From the NCBI GenBank assembly GCA_035934015.1, contig DASYYH010000007.1, positions 1,750-65,749 on the forward strand: a DNA stretch of 64,000 bases. The letters are read 5' to 3'. This document shows, in pieces, positions 26,968-35,551 of this stretch. This DNA comes from Candidatus Acidiferrales bacterium. GTDB lineage: Bacteria > Acidobacteriota > Terriglobia > Acidiferrales > UBA7541. The stretch's first letter is position 1, and each line of letters opens with the position of its first letter. The position numbers and the translations under genes were made by a program. Under the pieces are notes generated by a model, which saw only the letters and a program-made list of their open reading frames with translations, searched no databases and was not told the origin of the DNA.

Positions 26968-28284
26968 ATGAACTGGACTTCGATTTTCGGGACCACGGAA
27001 TCCTGGCGTACCCGCGGGCGCGAAATGCGCCGGCAAGGGCGCCATTGGCGGCGAAGCATTGCGCTTTTTCTTGCCGTTGTAGGACCGGGCCTCATTACGT
27101 CCAACGTCGACAACGACGCGGGCGGAATCACAACCTATTCGGTCACCGGCGCACAGTTGGGTTATGCGCTCTTGTGGACGATGATTCCTCTCACTATCGC
27201 TTTATACGTCAGCGAGGAAATGTGTGCACGCATGGGTGTGGTCACGGGCAAAGGGCTATCGGACCTGATCCGCGAGGAATTTGGTTTCCGCTCGACGTTT
27301 TTCGTAATGCTGGCCGGATTGGCGGTGGATTTTTCGAATACCGTTGCGGAGTTTGCCGGTGTCGCGGCATCCATGCAAATCTTCGGGATTAGCAAGTACA
27401 TTGCAGTGCCGCTTGCGGCTATCTTTGTCTGGGTGCTGGTGGTTCGCGGAACGTACCGCCAAGTGGAGAAAATTTTTCTGGTCGCGTGCGTGTTCTACGT
27501 TTCCTATGTTGGGTCGGCGTTCTTGGCCAGGCCAAACTGGTTACTCGCCGCCAAGCAGACGTTCGTTCCTGAGATTCACATGAACGTAGGATACCTGCTG
27601 GTCTTGACTGCGCTGATTGGCACGAGCGTCGCTCCATGGCAGTTTTTTTACCTTCAGGCCGGATACGTGGAGAAGAAAGTCGGCCCGAAGCAGTACAAAC
27701 ACGCACGCATGGATGTACTCGTGGGCAGCATCACATGCATGGTCGTTGTGTTTTTCATTATCGTATGCACGGCGGCGACGCTAAACGCCTCGGGACACAC
27801 GCAAATCAACGATGCGGCGGATGCGGCTAAAGCGCTTGTGCCTCTTGCAGGTAAATGGGCCGGAGGGCTTTTCGCCTTTGGCTTGTTGAACGCTTCGCTT
27901 TTTTCTGCTTCCGTACTTCCTCTTTCGACGGCACACGTCATCTGCGAGGGGCTGGGCTTCGAGGCGGGGATTGATCGTAAGCTTGGCGATGCGAAGATGT
28001 TCTACGGACTTTACACCGCGCTGATCGTCGCTGGCGCGGGAGTCATCCTGATTCCCAAAGCGCCGCTGCTGAAGATCTTGGTTCTTTCGCAGGTGGCCAA
28101 TGGAATCTGGCTGCCGTTCGTCATGGTTCTCATTTTGCTGCTTGTGAATCGCAAGGACTTGATGGGCGAGCGCGTGAACGGCAAATTCTTCAACATCGTA
28201 GCGTGGGTGATCAGCGTTGCTCTGATCGTGGTGACTGCAGCTCTCGCGTACGTCACGATTTTCACACCCGCCGGCGCAGGATGA
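26968..28284 (+). CDS. NRAMP/SLC11-fold transporter with NRMT-type (Mg2+-like) binding-site substitutions
   Basis: ATG immediately follows the upstream TAG. About 11 TM helices. The TM1 motif reads GPGLITSNVDNDAGG (DAGG in place of DPGN). TM6 reads GTSVAPWQFF (T..AP.W in place of A..MPH). Confidence 0.8.
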   Translation: MNWTSIFGTTESWRTRGREMRRQGRHWRRSIALFLAVVGPGLITSNVDNDAGGITTYSVTGAQLGYALLWTMIPLTIALYVSEEMCARMGVVTGKGLSDLIREEFGFRSTFFVMLAGLAVDFSNTVAEFAGVAASMQIFGISKYIAVPLAAIFVWVLVVRGTYRQVEKIFLVACVFYVSYVGSAFLARPNWLLAAKQTFVPEIHMNVGYLLVLTALIGTSVAPWQFFYLQAGYVEKKVGPKQYKHARMDVLVGSITCMVVVFFIIVCTAATLNASGHTQINDAADAAKALVPLAGKWAGGLFAFGLLNASLFSASVLPLSTAHVICEGLGFEAGIDRKLGDAKMFYGLYTALIVAGAGVILIPKAPLLKILVLSQVANGIWLPFVMVLILLLVNRKDLMGERVNGKFFNIVAWVISVALIVVTAALAYVTIFTPAGAG

Positions 28285-28394
28285 GCGGTTCGTAACGGGC
28301 GACCAGGATGCGCAGCGATGCGGTTTCCCTGCAGTTGCTTCGCCTCGTGCGGCTATGCTAGGTTTTTTATTCGGATGAGCATTGTGAGATCTCG

Positions 28395-29207
28395 GTGAAA
28401 CCGACCGAACTACTGAAATCCACCCGCGCCGAGGAAATCGCGCTCCTTGACCAATTGGATCTGAGGCGCCTCCCCAGGCACGTGGCCATTATCATGGACG
28501 GCAACGGGCGCTGGGCAGAGCGGCGCCATCTGCCGCGCATCGCGGGACATCGCGCTGGCGTGAAAGTGGCGCGCGAGATCATCGAGACGTGCGCCCGCCT
28601 CAAGGTGCCCGCTTTGACGCTCTACGCGTTCTCGCTCGAGAACTGGCGTCGCCCGAGGGCCGAGATCGATTTTTTGATGCGGCTCCTGCGCGAATACCTG
28701 AAAAAAGAGCTTCCTTCGATTCATAAGAACAATATTCAACTGCTGATCATCGGCCGCTCGGCGCAATTGCCCGAGGCGGTTCGGCACGACATTGAAAAGG
28801 CAATGCGGCTGACGGCCCAAAACACCGGTATGAAGCTTATCGTCGCGCTCAACTATGGCGGGCGCGCAGAGCTCGTGGATGCGTTCAATGCCATTCTCGA
28901 TCATGTTCGGCTGAACGGTCTTTCGGCGTTTCATGCGGATGAGGAGACGATTTCGAACAAGCTCTATACGGCCGGGCTGCCCGATCCCGATTTGCTGATT
29001 CGCACGAGCGGCGAAATGCGCGTGAGCAATTTCCTATTGTGGCAGATCGCGTATGCCGAGCTTTATATTACGGAAGCTCTGTGGCCCGATTTTTCACGCG
29101 AAAAACTGCTCGAAGCCTTCGTCAACTTCCAGCAACGCGAGCGCCGCTACGGCGGCTTGGCAACCGCGGACGGGCATCGCAACGGAAGGTATGGCGGAGG
29201 AAGATGA
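28395..29207 (+). CDS. uppS: Di-trans,poly-cis-undecaprenyl-diphosphate synthase
   Basis: HVAIIMDGNGRWA, YAFSLENWRRP and RTSGEMRVSNFLLWQIAYAEL. Confidence 0.95.
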   Translation: MKPTELLKSTRAEEIALLDQLDLRRLPRHVAIIMDGNGRWAERRHLPRIAGHRAGVKVAREIIETCARLKVPALTLYAFSLENWRRPRAEIDFLMRLLREYLKKELPSIHKNNIQLLIIGRSAQLPEAVRHDIEKAMRLTAQNTGMKLIVALNYGGRAELVDAFNAILDHVRLNGLSAFHADEETISNKLYTAGLPDPDLLIRTSGEMRVSNFLLWQIAYAELYITEALWPDFSREKLLEAFVNFQQRERRYGGLATADGHRNGRYGGGR

Positions 29208-29262
29208 AACCGCTGCTTACGAATTTCTTTTCGATTTGCTCTTCCATTGAGACAATGACGCA

Positions 29263-30123
29263 GTGCTGAAGCGCATCGCAACTGCGGCGATCCTGATTCC
29301 CATTGTTGTTTTGGTGGTGTATTGGGGACCGTCCTGGCTGGTTGCCGCGCTGGCCGCGGTTGTAGGGTTGCTGGCGATGTTTGAATTCTTCAAGCTCACT
29401 TCCCAGATGGGCCTGCGAGCGTTTCGCCTGTGGACGATGATTTGCGCTGTAGGATTGTTTTTTGTTCAGTGGACATCGGGCGCAGCAGAGGTCCACACGC
29501 TTGGCGCGAATACCCTCCTGATTCAAGGCTTGCCAAGCGATTACGCTTCAATCGAAGCTGTTTTCCTAACGTTTCTGTTTGGGACGGCCTGCATTGCAGT
29601 GCTGGGTAAAATCGCCCTGGCGGATTTGCTTCCCGGCATTTGTGCCAGCGCAGCCGCATTCTTGTTCGTGGCATTGCCTTTCAGCTACGTGGCGAGAATG
29701 GATGGAGCGCGGAGCGGCCCTGTCCTTGTTCTTTTTGCGCTTGTCGTTGTGTGGGCTGGTGATACGGTCGCTTACTTCGTGGGAAAATCGATTGGCCGCT
29801 TGAAAATGGCGCCGGCGCTTTCGCCGAAGAAAACTTGGGAAGGCGCCGCAGGCAACGTGCTTGGTTCGCTGATCGTCGGTTACTGTTTTGCGCGCTGGCA
29901 GAATGGCGATTGGGTCGCATGGCTTGCAACTGCCGCGCTGGCCAACATCGCCGGGCAGGTGGGCGATCTGGTAGAATCAGCATATAAGCGCGGCGCGGGA
30001 GTCAAGGACTCCGGCGCAATGCTTCCAGGGCACGGAGGAATGTTGGATCGCATCGACAGTTTGATTTTTGCTGCTCCGGTGGTATGGCTTGCTGCCGGAT
30101 GGCTGCTGCAAAACCGCCCGTGA
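29263..30123 (+). CDS. cdsA: Phosphatidate cytidylyltransferase
   Basis: Polytopic membrane protein with C-terminal SAYKRGAGVKDSGAMLPGHGGMLDRIDS. Confidence 0.9.
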   Translation: MLKRIATAAILIPIVVLVVYWGPSWLVAALAAVVGLLAMFEFFKLTSQMGLRAFRLWTMICAVGLFFVQWTSGAAEVHTLGANTLLIQGLPSDYASIEAVFLTFLFGTACIAVLGKIALADLLPGICASAAAFLFVALPFSYVARMDGARSGPVLVLFALVVVWAGDTVAYFVGKSIGRLKMAPALSPKKTWEGAAGNVLGSLIVGYCFARWQNGDWVAWLATAALANIAGQVGDLVESAYKRGAGVKDSGAMLPGHGGMLDRIDSLIFAAPVVWLAAGWLLQNRP

Positions 30124-30136
30124 CGCAACTCTCCCA

Positions 30137-31309
30137 GTGAAACGCATCTCCATTCTCGGATCGACTGGCTCCATTGGATGCCAATGCCTGAAGGTGGTGG
30201 ACTCTCTTCCCGGAAAATTTGAAGTTATCGGAATAGCGGCTGGGAATAACGTCGAGCTCGCGGCCGAACAGACGATCAAGTATCGGCCAAAGGTTGTTTC
30301 GGTGAGCACCTGCGAAGGCGCAAAGCAGCTTCGGGAGCGTCTCACCGGTGCAAAGATCGAGCCGATTCCGGAAATGCTATGTGGTGCCGAAGGCCTGGAG
30401 CGCGTTGCAACGCATCCAGAGGCCGACACGGTTCTTTCGGCAGCCGTAGGCGTCGTGGGCTTACCAGCGACCTACAAGGCGGTTCAGTTAGGCAAGAATT
30501 TGGCGCTCGCCAATAAAGAAGTGCTCGTTGCCGCAGGGGAATTGGTGATGGCCGAAGCCGAACGGCAGAGGAAAGCAGTTCTGCCGGTGGATAGTGAACA
30601 CAATGCCATTCATCAATGCCTGCGTGCGGGCGAAAGACGCGAGGTGAAGCGGCTTGTGCTGACCGCGTCAGGCGGCCCATTTCGCAAAACGCCGGTTTCC
30701 GAGCTAAAGAATGTAACTCCTGAGCAGGCTCTGGCGCATCCTAACTGGAAGATGGGCAAGAGAATCACAACGGATTCGGCGACGCTGATGAACAAAGGCT
30801 TCGAGGTGATCGAGGCGCGCTGGCTTTTCGGCATGCAGCCAGCGCAGATTGATGTTGTCATTCATCCGCAGTCTACGATTCATTCGATGGTAGAATTTGT
30901 GGACGGTTCAATTCTGGCACAGCTTGGTCCGACCGACATGCGCATGCCCATCCAATATGCGCTAACCTATCCAGAGCGCGTGGCATCCAACGGATTTGCC
31001 CTCGATTGGAGCAGCCTGAAGTCGCTCGATTTCGAGCCTGTTCCGGCAGGGAAGTTTCCGTGTTTAACGTTGGCAATGCGTGCGATGCAGCAGGGCGGGG
31101 CATTGCCGTGTGCTTTAAATGCTGCAGATGAAGAAAGCGTCGCGGCATTTCTCGACGGGCGGCTCGGATTTACAGGGATCGCGGAAGTGATCGAGCAGGT
31201 GCTTGACCGGATGCCGGGCACGACGTTAACGAAAATGGAAGATGTCCTCGATGCGGATCGCGAGGCTCGTCGCATGGCGCGGGAAGAAATCGCGAAGAGG
31301 AAGAATTAG
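30137..31309 (+). CDS. dxr: 1-deoxy-D-xylulose-5-phosphate reductoisomerase
   Basis: GTG 30137 gives VKRISILGSTGSIG. Also LANKE, DSEHNAIHQC and HPNWKMG. Confidence 0.95.
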   Translation: MKRISILGSTGSIGCQCLKVVDSLPGKFEVIGIAAGNNVELAAEQTIKYRPKVVSVSTCEGAKQLRERLTGAKIEPIPEMLCGAEGLERVATHPEADTVLSAAVGVVGLPATYKAVQLGKNLALANKEVLVAAGELVMAEAERQRKAVLPVDSEHNAIHQCLRAGERREVKRLVLTASGGPFRKTPVSELKNVTPEQALAHPNWKMGKRITTDSATLMNKGFEVIEARWLFGMQPAQIDVVIHPQSTIHSMVEFVDGSILAQLGPTDMRMPIQYALTYPERVASNGFALDWSSLKSLDFEPVPAGKFPCLTLAMRAMQQGGALPCALNAADEESVAAFLDGRLGFTGIAEVIEQVLDRMPGTTLTKMEDVLDADREARRMAREEIAKRKN

Positions 31310-32641
31310 ATGACACATAGTTGGGTTGGCGTGGTGGCGGCGATCGTTGGCTTAGGGATCATGATCCTTGTGCACGAATGGGGTCATTATATCGTGGCGC
31401 GTTGGTGCGGCGTCCGCGTCGAAGTGTTTTCCATCGGATTTGGGACGCGGATTTTCGGATGGAAACGCGGGGACACGGACTTCCGTCTCGCGGCTTTTCC
31501 CTTCGGCGGGTACGTCAAGATGGCAGGCGAAAACCCTGCCGAAGATCGCGCCGGAGCGCCGGATGAGCTTCTCTCCAAATCGCGCTGGCAGCGGTTTCTG
31601 ATTGTTGTCGCCGGGCCGGTGATGAATATTGTGCTGGCCATAGTGATGATGTGGGGCCTGTATATCGTCGGTGTTCCCACGCCGAGGTTCGTGCACCAGG
31701 CCGCACAGGTCGCGGGAGTTGTGCCGAATTCGCCCGCCGCAAAGGCGGGAATTCATCCCGGCGACAAAATCGTCGAAGTCAACAATGCGAAGGTATCAAC
31801 CTGGGAGCAAGTGATTTCCAACTCGGGCATTCTGCCTGGGGCGAAAATCTCTCTCGAAGTGGAACGCGCGAGCAAACTCATCCCCATAGACGTAGACGTC
31901 CCGAAGAATGTCTTTGACCCCTATGAAGTGACGGGATATCCACACGTGAGTGTTGTCTTGGTGGATTCTGTCGCGCCCGGGTTCCCCGCGGCGCAGGCCG
32001 GTTTGGAGGCTGGAGATCGGATCGTGAGCGTCAATGAGCAATCGGACCCCAATCCGACGGCTATTGCGGCGCTCATTCGCGATTCCGGTGGCAAGCCCGT
32101 CGCCATTGAGGTTCGACGTGACGGCAAGGAAATCTCCAAGGTCATCCAGCCGAAGTACGAAGACCCCGGAGGTGGCGGTGGAAAGCGCTGGGTGATTGGC
32201 GCTGTGTTTGCTCCGGGCGATACAGTACGAAGTTCGTTGTCTGTCTCCGAAGCAGCAGCGCAATCTTGGTCCGAAAATGTCGGAAATGTGAAAGAGGTCG
32301 TTACAGTTTTTGCCGGGCTCTTCTCGGGGCGATTCTCACTCAAACAAATGGCAGGTCCAGTCGGAATCGTGAGCATGTCCACGCAAGCCGCTAAGATGGG
32401 AATGGCGGAGTTCATTGCCTTCATGGCTTTGCTGAGCGTCAATCTCGGGATCGTGAATTTGCTCCCGATTCCCATCCTTGACGGCGGGCGCATCCTGGTA
32501 ATGGCTATCGAGGGTTCGATTCGAAGAGATCTGAGCGTAAGAGTGCAAGAGCGTTTGTTGACCGCAGGACTTGTTTTCATTCTTGCTGTGTTCGGGTTTG
32601 TGATGTATTACGACATCGCCAGACTTTTCCCAAATCACTAA
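31310..32641 (+). CDS. rseP: Site-2 (RIP) zinc metalloprotease RseP
   Basis: HEWGHY (HExxH), two PDZ-like segments, and NLLPIPILDGG. Confidence 0.9.
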   Translation: MTHSWVGVVAAIVGLGIMILVHEWGHYIVARWCGVRVEVFSIGFGTRIFGWKRGDTDFRLAAFPFGGYVKMAGENPAEDRAGAPDELLSKSRWQRFLIVVAGPVMNIVLAIVMMWGLYIVGVPTPRFVHQAAQVAGVVPNSPAAKAGIHPGDKIVEVNNAKVSTWEQVISNSGILPGAKISLEVERASKLIPIDVDVPKNVFDPYEVTGYPHVSVVLVDSVAPGFPAAQAGLEAGDRIVSVNEQSDPNPTAIAALIRDSGGKPVAIEVRRDGKEISKVIQPKYEDPGGGGGKRWVIGAVFAPGDTVRSSLSVSEAAAQSWSENVGNVKEVVTVFAGLFSGRFSLKQMAGPVGIVSMSTQAAKMGMAEFIAFMALLSVNLGIVNLLPIPILDGGRILVMAIEGSIRRDLSVRVQERLLTAGLVFILAVFGFVMYYDIARLFPNH

Positions 32642-32642
32642 T

Positions 32643-33131
32643 ATGGTTCCGACGGCGGCACACCGCGTTTCCACCGGTGAACGCATCAACGTTCACGAAA
32701 AGCCCGGACAATTGCAAAAGCAGCTTGCTGCTCGCTCGATTCGCCTGACGCGGCAGCGGCGCGTGGTTTTGCAAGTTATGGACACCGCGCCACGGCACCT
32801 CGATGCGGGGGAAATCCTCGTGCGTGCGCAGAAAATCGACTCGCGGATTACACGTGTCACGGTTTATCGCACGCTTGACCTGCTCAAGCACCACGGCCTG
32901 ATCGACGAACTCGATTTGCTCCATCTCCGCGGCCACCGCCACTATTACGAAAGTCATGGGCCGCGCGACCACATCCATGTGGCCTGTCTGCGGTGCGGAA
33001 AAGTGCGCGAATTTGAAAGCGAATTGTACGAGCAGCTCAAGCAGCAAATCGAGCAGGACTGCGATATGCGCATCACTGTCGCGCGCACCGAAGTCGGCGG
33101 CTACTGCTCGACTTGCCAATCGAAAGCATGA
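32643..33131 (+). CDS. fur: Fur-family transcriptional regulator
   Basis: RLTRQRRVVLQVM winged helix, HxH metal site HIHVACLRCGKVREF, and C-terminal CSTC. It starts 2 nt after rseP. Confidence 0.85.
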   Translation: MVPTAAHRVSTGERINVHEKPGQLQKQLAARSIRLTRQRRVVLQVMDTAPRHLDAGEILVRAQKIDSRITRVTVYRTLDLLKHHGLIDELDLLHLRGHRHYYESHGPRDHIHVACLRCGKVREFESELYEQLKQQIEQDCDMRITVARTEVGGYCSTCQSKA

Positions 33132-33204
33132 TCTCGCTTTTTACATTATGGCAAGGGAATTGAACGCGATAGAGGCTGGACGCCGGTTGTTGGAGGTTTT
33201 GGTT

Positions 33205-35022
33205 CTATTGCAGTTGAACATCCCGGCTCACGGCGCTCATCTCGCCGTGCATCGCTTCCTCGACCACCACGCGCAAGCGATACGTTCCCGGCGGCGCCTC
33301 CAATGACATCCCGCCATCAATCCCGCTCCTCGAGAAGCGCTCGAAAGTCTCCGGCTTCAGCGCAAGCTCCATCTGCGCTTCTTTGCCCGTGACCATCTTT
33401 CCTTGCGCATCGAATAAAGCTGCGACGAACGTCAGCATGTCCACGCGCCGGTCTTGCTGTCTCGCAAACGGCATCGCGTGGATGTCCACGCGCGTCTGCA
33501 GGCTCAATTCATGCACACCGTTGTTCGCAATTCGAGTCTGTTCGCCAAGGCTCAGCGGAAAATCGCTCTTCTCTTCGGAACCGCGCACTTCCTCATCAAT
33601 CTTCTCCTCGGCAGTCGGCGCGCGCGCCTCCTGCGACTCTTTCGTCGGCGCAAAATACCCCGGCCGTACCTCCACAAATCCGTGCCCCGCCTTGCTTACT
33701 TCCACTTTGATCTTGTGATACTTCCCATCTTCATCGGGGGAAAATCCAAGTTCATAAGCACAAGCAGGCACGAGGCCCAGTTCGCGGAATCCGAAATTGA
33801 GATCGTTATTGTTGCGGAATAAAAGCCCGCCTGTGCTCTCGGCGAAATCGGCCATGGCTGCGTCTTCGCTTTCGAGTCTGTCGCCAAGCGTTCGCGCCTC
33901 GTATAACATGGTCAAGTCGGAAAGCGTCTCAGAAGGCTCATTCAGCGGCCTTCCCGGCGCCTCGGCGTAGAGGCCCTTGGAATCAAGCGAGTTGATGACT
34001 ACGTTAGCATGCAGCGCCTCGTCGATGATCTGGTCCTGTTGAGTGTCCAAATCACCGGAGAAAAATCCGGATGATGCAAACAGAAGCAAGCGTTTCCCTT
34101 GCATTCGCCCTAAATCATCGACGGCGGCCCGGATGGCGTCTAGTGTAGCCTGTGACGTAACGCGCGTCTGATCCCAAGTTGTTTGCGCCTGCGTTTTCAC
34201 GTCGTTAATTAGTTCCCGGGAAAATGATGACATTGGATTAGTGACCTTGCTCGGTGTCATTTTACTTACATCATTAGGGTCACAAATGTCCTGCCCTGCG
34301 CATCCACACGCTTCCACGACCTTCGCTTTAAGGGTAACCAAATCATCATCAACGATTTGATACGCCTCGTAGGGCGTGATCCTAGGGCACGCCTTCAATC
34401 CCGAGGCACTCAAGTGCGGATGAGATTGCACATTTGCGATTGCTCCGAGAATTGCAGAAGCATCGTTGCTGAACCCCAGGATCTGCCCTCCCGATGTCGT
34501 GAAGACCCCGATCTGATCGCCTTCTTCCTCCGCCTCATCAATAAAGCGCTTTGCTGCGATCTTCGCTCGCCCCAAGTCGCCAGTCGGAGTATTAAAATCG
34601 TCGAAAAACAATGCAATCCAACGCTCGGCAGTAGCAGCTCGTTTCGCCTTACTCACCTCGCCTGGAGCCACGGACGGCGCGTTCGGGGTTTTCGTTGGGG
34701 AGGCATTAGCTTCATTTCGATTATTTGACTCGACGGAAAACTCAGCGATCTCACGAAGGCGACCGGAATCGAAAACAGCGAAGTCGCCTTTGGTAAGCCC
34801 AAGAATCGGATGACCGCGGCCATCTCGCACCACCACCTCAATGCGAACCAGGTGACTTTCGGCTCGCAGAATCTGTTCATGAGGATTATACGACCCGCTC
34901 CTGATCCGCACCTCCCCCGGCGACAGCATCTGCGCCGATGACGCTAGCGCAAAAAGGCTCGCAACTATGACGCCTGGGCGAAAATATCGGCTTCTGTGCG
35001 AAGCATCCTTCGTCGTCATCAC
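33205..35022 (-). CDS. VWFA-related acidobacterial-domain protein (TIGR03436-like), secreted
   Basis: Signal peptide, then LVRIEVVVRDGRGHPILGLTKGDFAVFDSGRLREIAEF, typical of that family. The MIDAS position reads DDFNT rather than DxSxS. Composition shifts from GC-rich (C-terminal half) to AT-richer (N-terminal half). Confidence 0.75.
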   Translation of the reverse strand: MMTTKDASHRSRYFRPGVIVASLFALASSAQMLSPGEVRIRSGSYNPHEQILRAESHLVRIEVVVRDGRGHPILGLTKGDFAVFDSGRLREIAEFSVESNNRNEANASPTKTPNAPSVAPGEVSKAKRAATAERWIALFFDDFNTPTGDLGRAKIAAKRFIDEAEEEGDQIGVFTTSGGQILGFSNDASAILGAIANVQSHPHLSASGLKACPRITPYEAYQIVDDDLVTLKAKVVEACGCAGQDICDPNDVSKMTPSKVTNPMSSFSRELINDVKTQAQTTWDQTRVTSQATLDAIRAAVDDLGRMQGKRLLLFASSGFFSGDLDTQQDQIIDEALHANVVINSLDSKGLYAEAPGRPLNEPSETLSDLTMLYEARTLGDRLESEDAAMADFAESTGGLLFRNNNDLNFGFRELGLVPACAYELGFSPDEDGKYHKIKVEVSKAGHGFVEVRPGYFAPTKESQEARAPTAEEKIDEEVRGSEEKSDFPLSLGEQTRIANNGVHELSLQTRVDIHAMPFARQQDRRVDMLTFVAALFDAQGKMVTGKEAQMELALKPETFERFSRSGIDGGMSLEAPPGTYRLRVVVEEAMHGEMSAVSRDVQLQ

Positions 35023-35256
35023 TCGAACCTGGAGGTCTTTGACGTAGAGAAAATCGGATCTCTAAATCTGACATACTCCCCTGGACTCTTTAATTCTTTC
35101 AGCGCACACCACCTTCTTCGAATTCTCAAAACCTCACCCACGCCGAGCACCATCGCATGGAGACTCACATCCGATTTGTCCAGAGTGCTGCGCCGCAGGA
35201 CGCGATCCGATCCCTGCAAGGCCGCGACATCTGCTACAGGGCAAATCCTAAACTGA

Positions 35257-35481
35257 TTAGTGCAGTGGCCTGCAAGTCCCACCATCTTGCTGGCTCTCGC
35301 AATAACAGCCCGGATTCGTGCAGTCCGTCTGGTCGTTGCAGAATCCCGAGCACACAATCAAAGGAGTGCTGCCACTGGACGCAAGGACAACCGCTGATCT
35401 TCCCGCAATCGCGGCCATCGCACCCAACAGCACTACCCAGAATACGGTGACTCTCAATAGCTTTCGGTATGTTATTTGCAT
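35257..35481 (-). CDS. Small secreted 6-Cys miniprotein with cystine-knot-like spacing
   Basis: Strong SD AGGAGGAG lies 7 nt before ATG 35481. Signal peptide MQITYRKLLRVTVFWVVLLGAMAAIAG... The mature part is ...PLIVCSGFCNDQTDCTNPGCYCESQQDGGTCRPLH. Confidence 0.6.
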   Translation of the reverse strand: MQITYRKLLRVTVFWVVLLGAMAAIAGRSAVVLASSGSTPLIVCSGFCNDQTDCTNPGCYCESQQDGGTCRPLH

Positions 35482-35551
35482 CTCGTTTCTCCTCCTCATA
35501 AAGCATTCCAGAACGCGGACAAAACTTAACGAAGGAACCTATGAACAGTCG

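Noticed and set aside
32643-33204. Fur box near fur or upstream of the NRAMP-like operon
   Set aside because: No convincing 19-bp GATAATGATAATCATTATC-like palindrome was seen in the relevant intergenic regions. The nearest AT-rich strings match only 5-6 positions.
35019-35153. 44-aa basic upstream ORF (MVLGVGEVLRIRRRW...) whose stop overlaps the VWA gene start (GTGA)
   Set aside because: It has no SD and no recognisable features, and it lies in an AT-rich presumably promoter-containing spacer. The overlap with the start codon could be coincidental.
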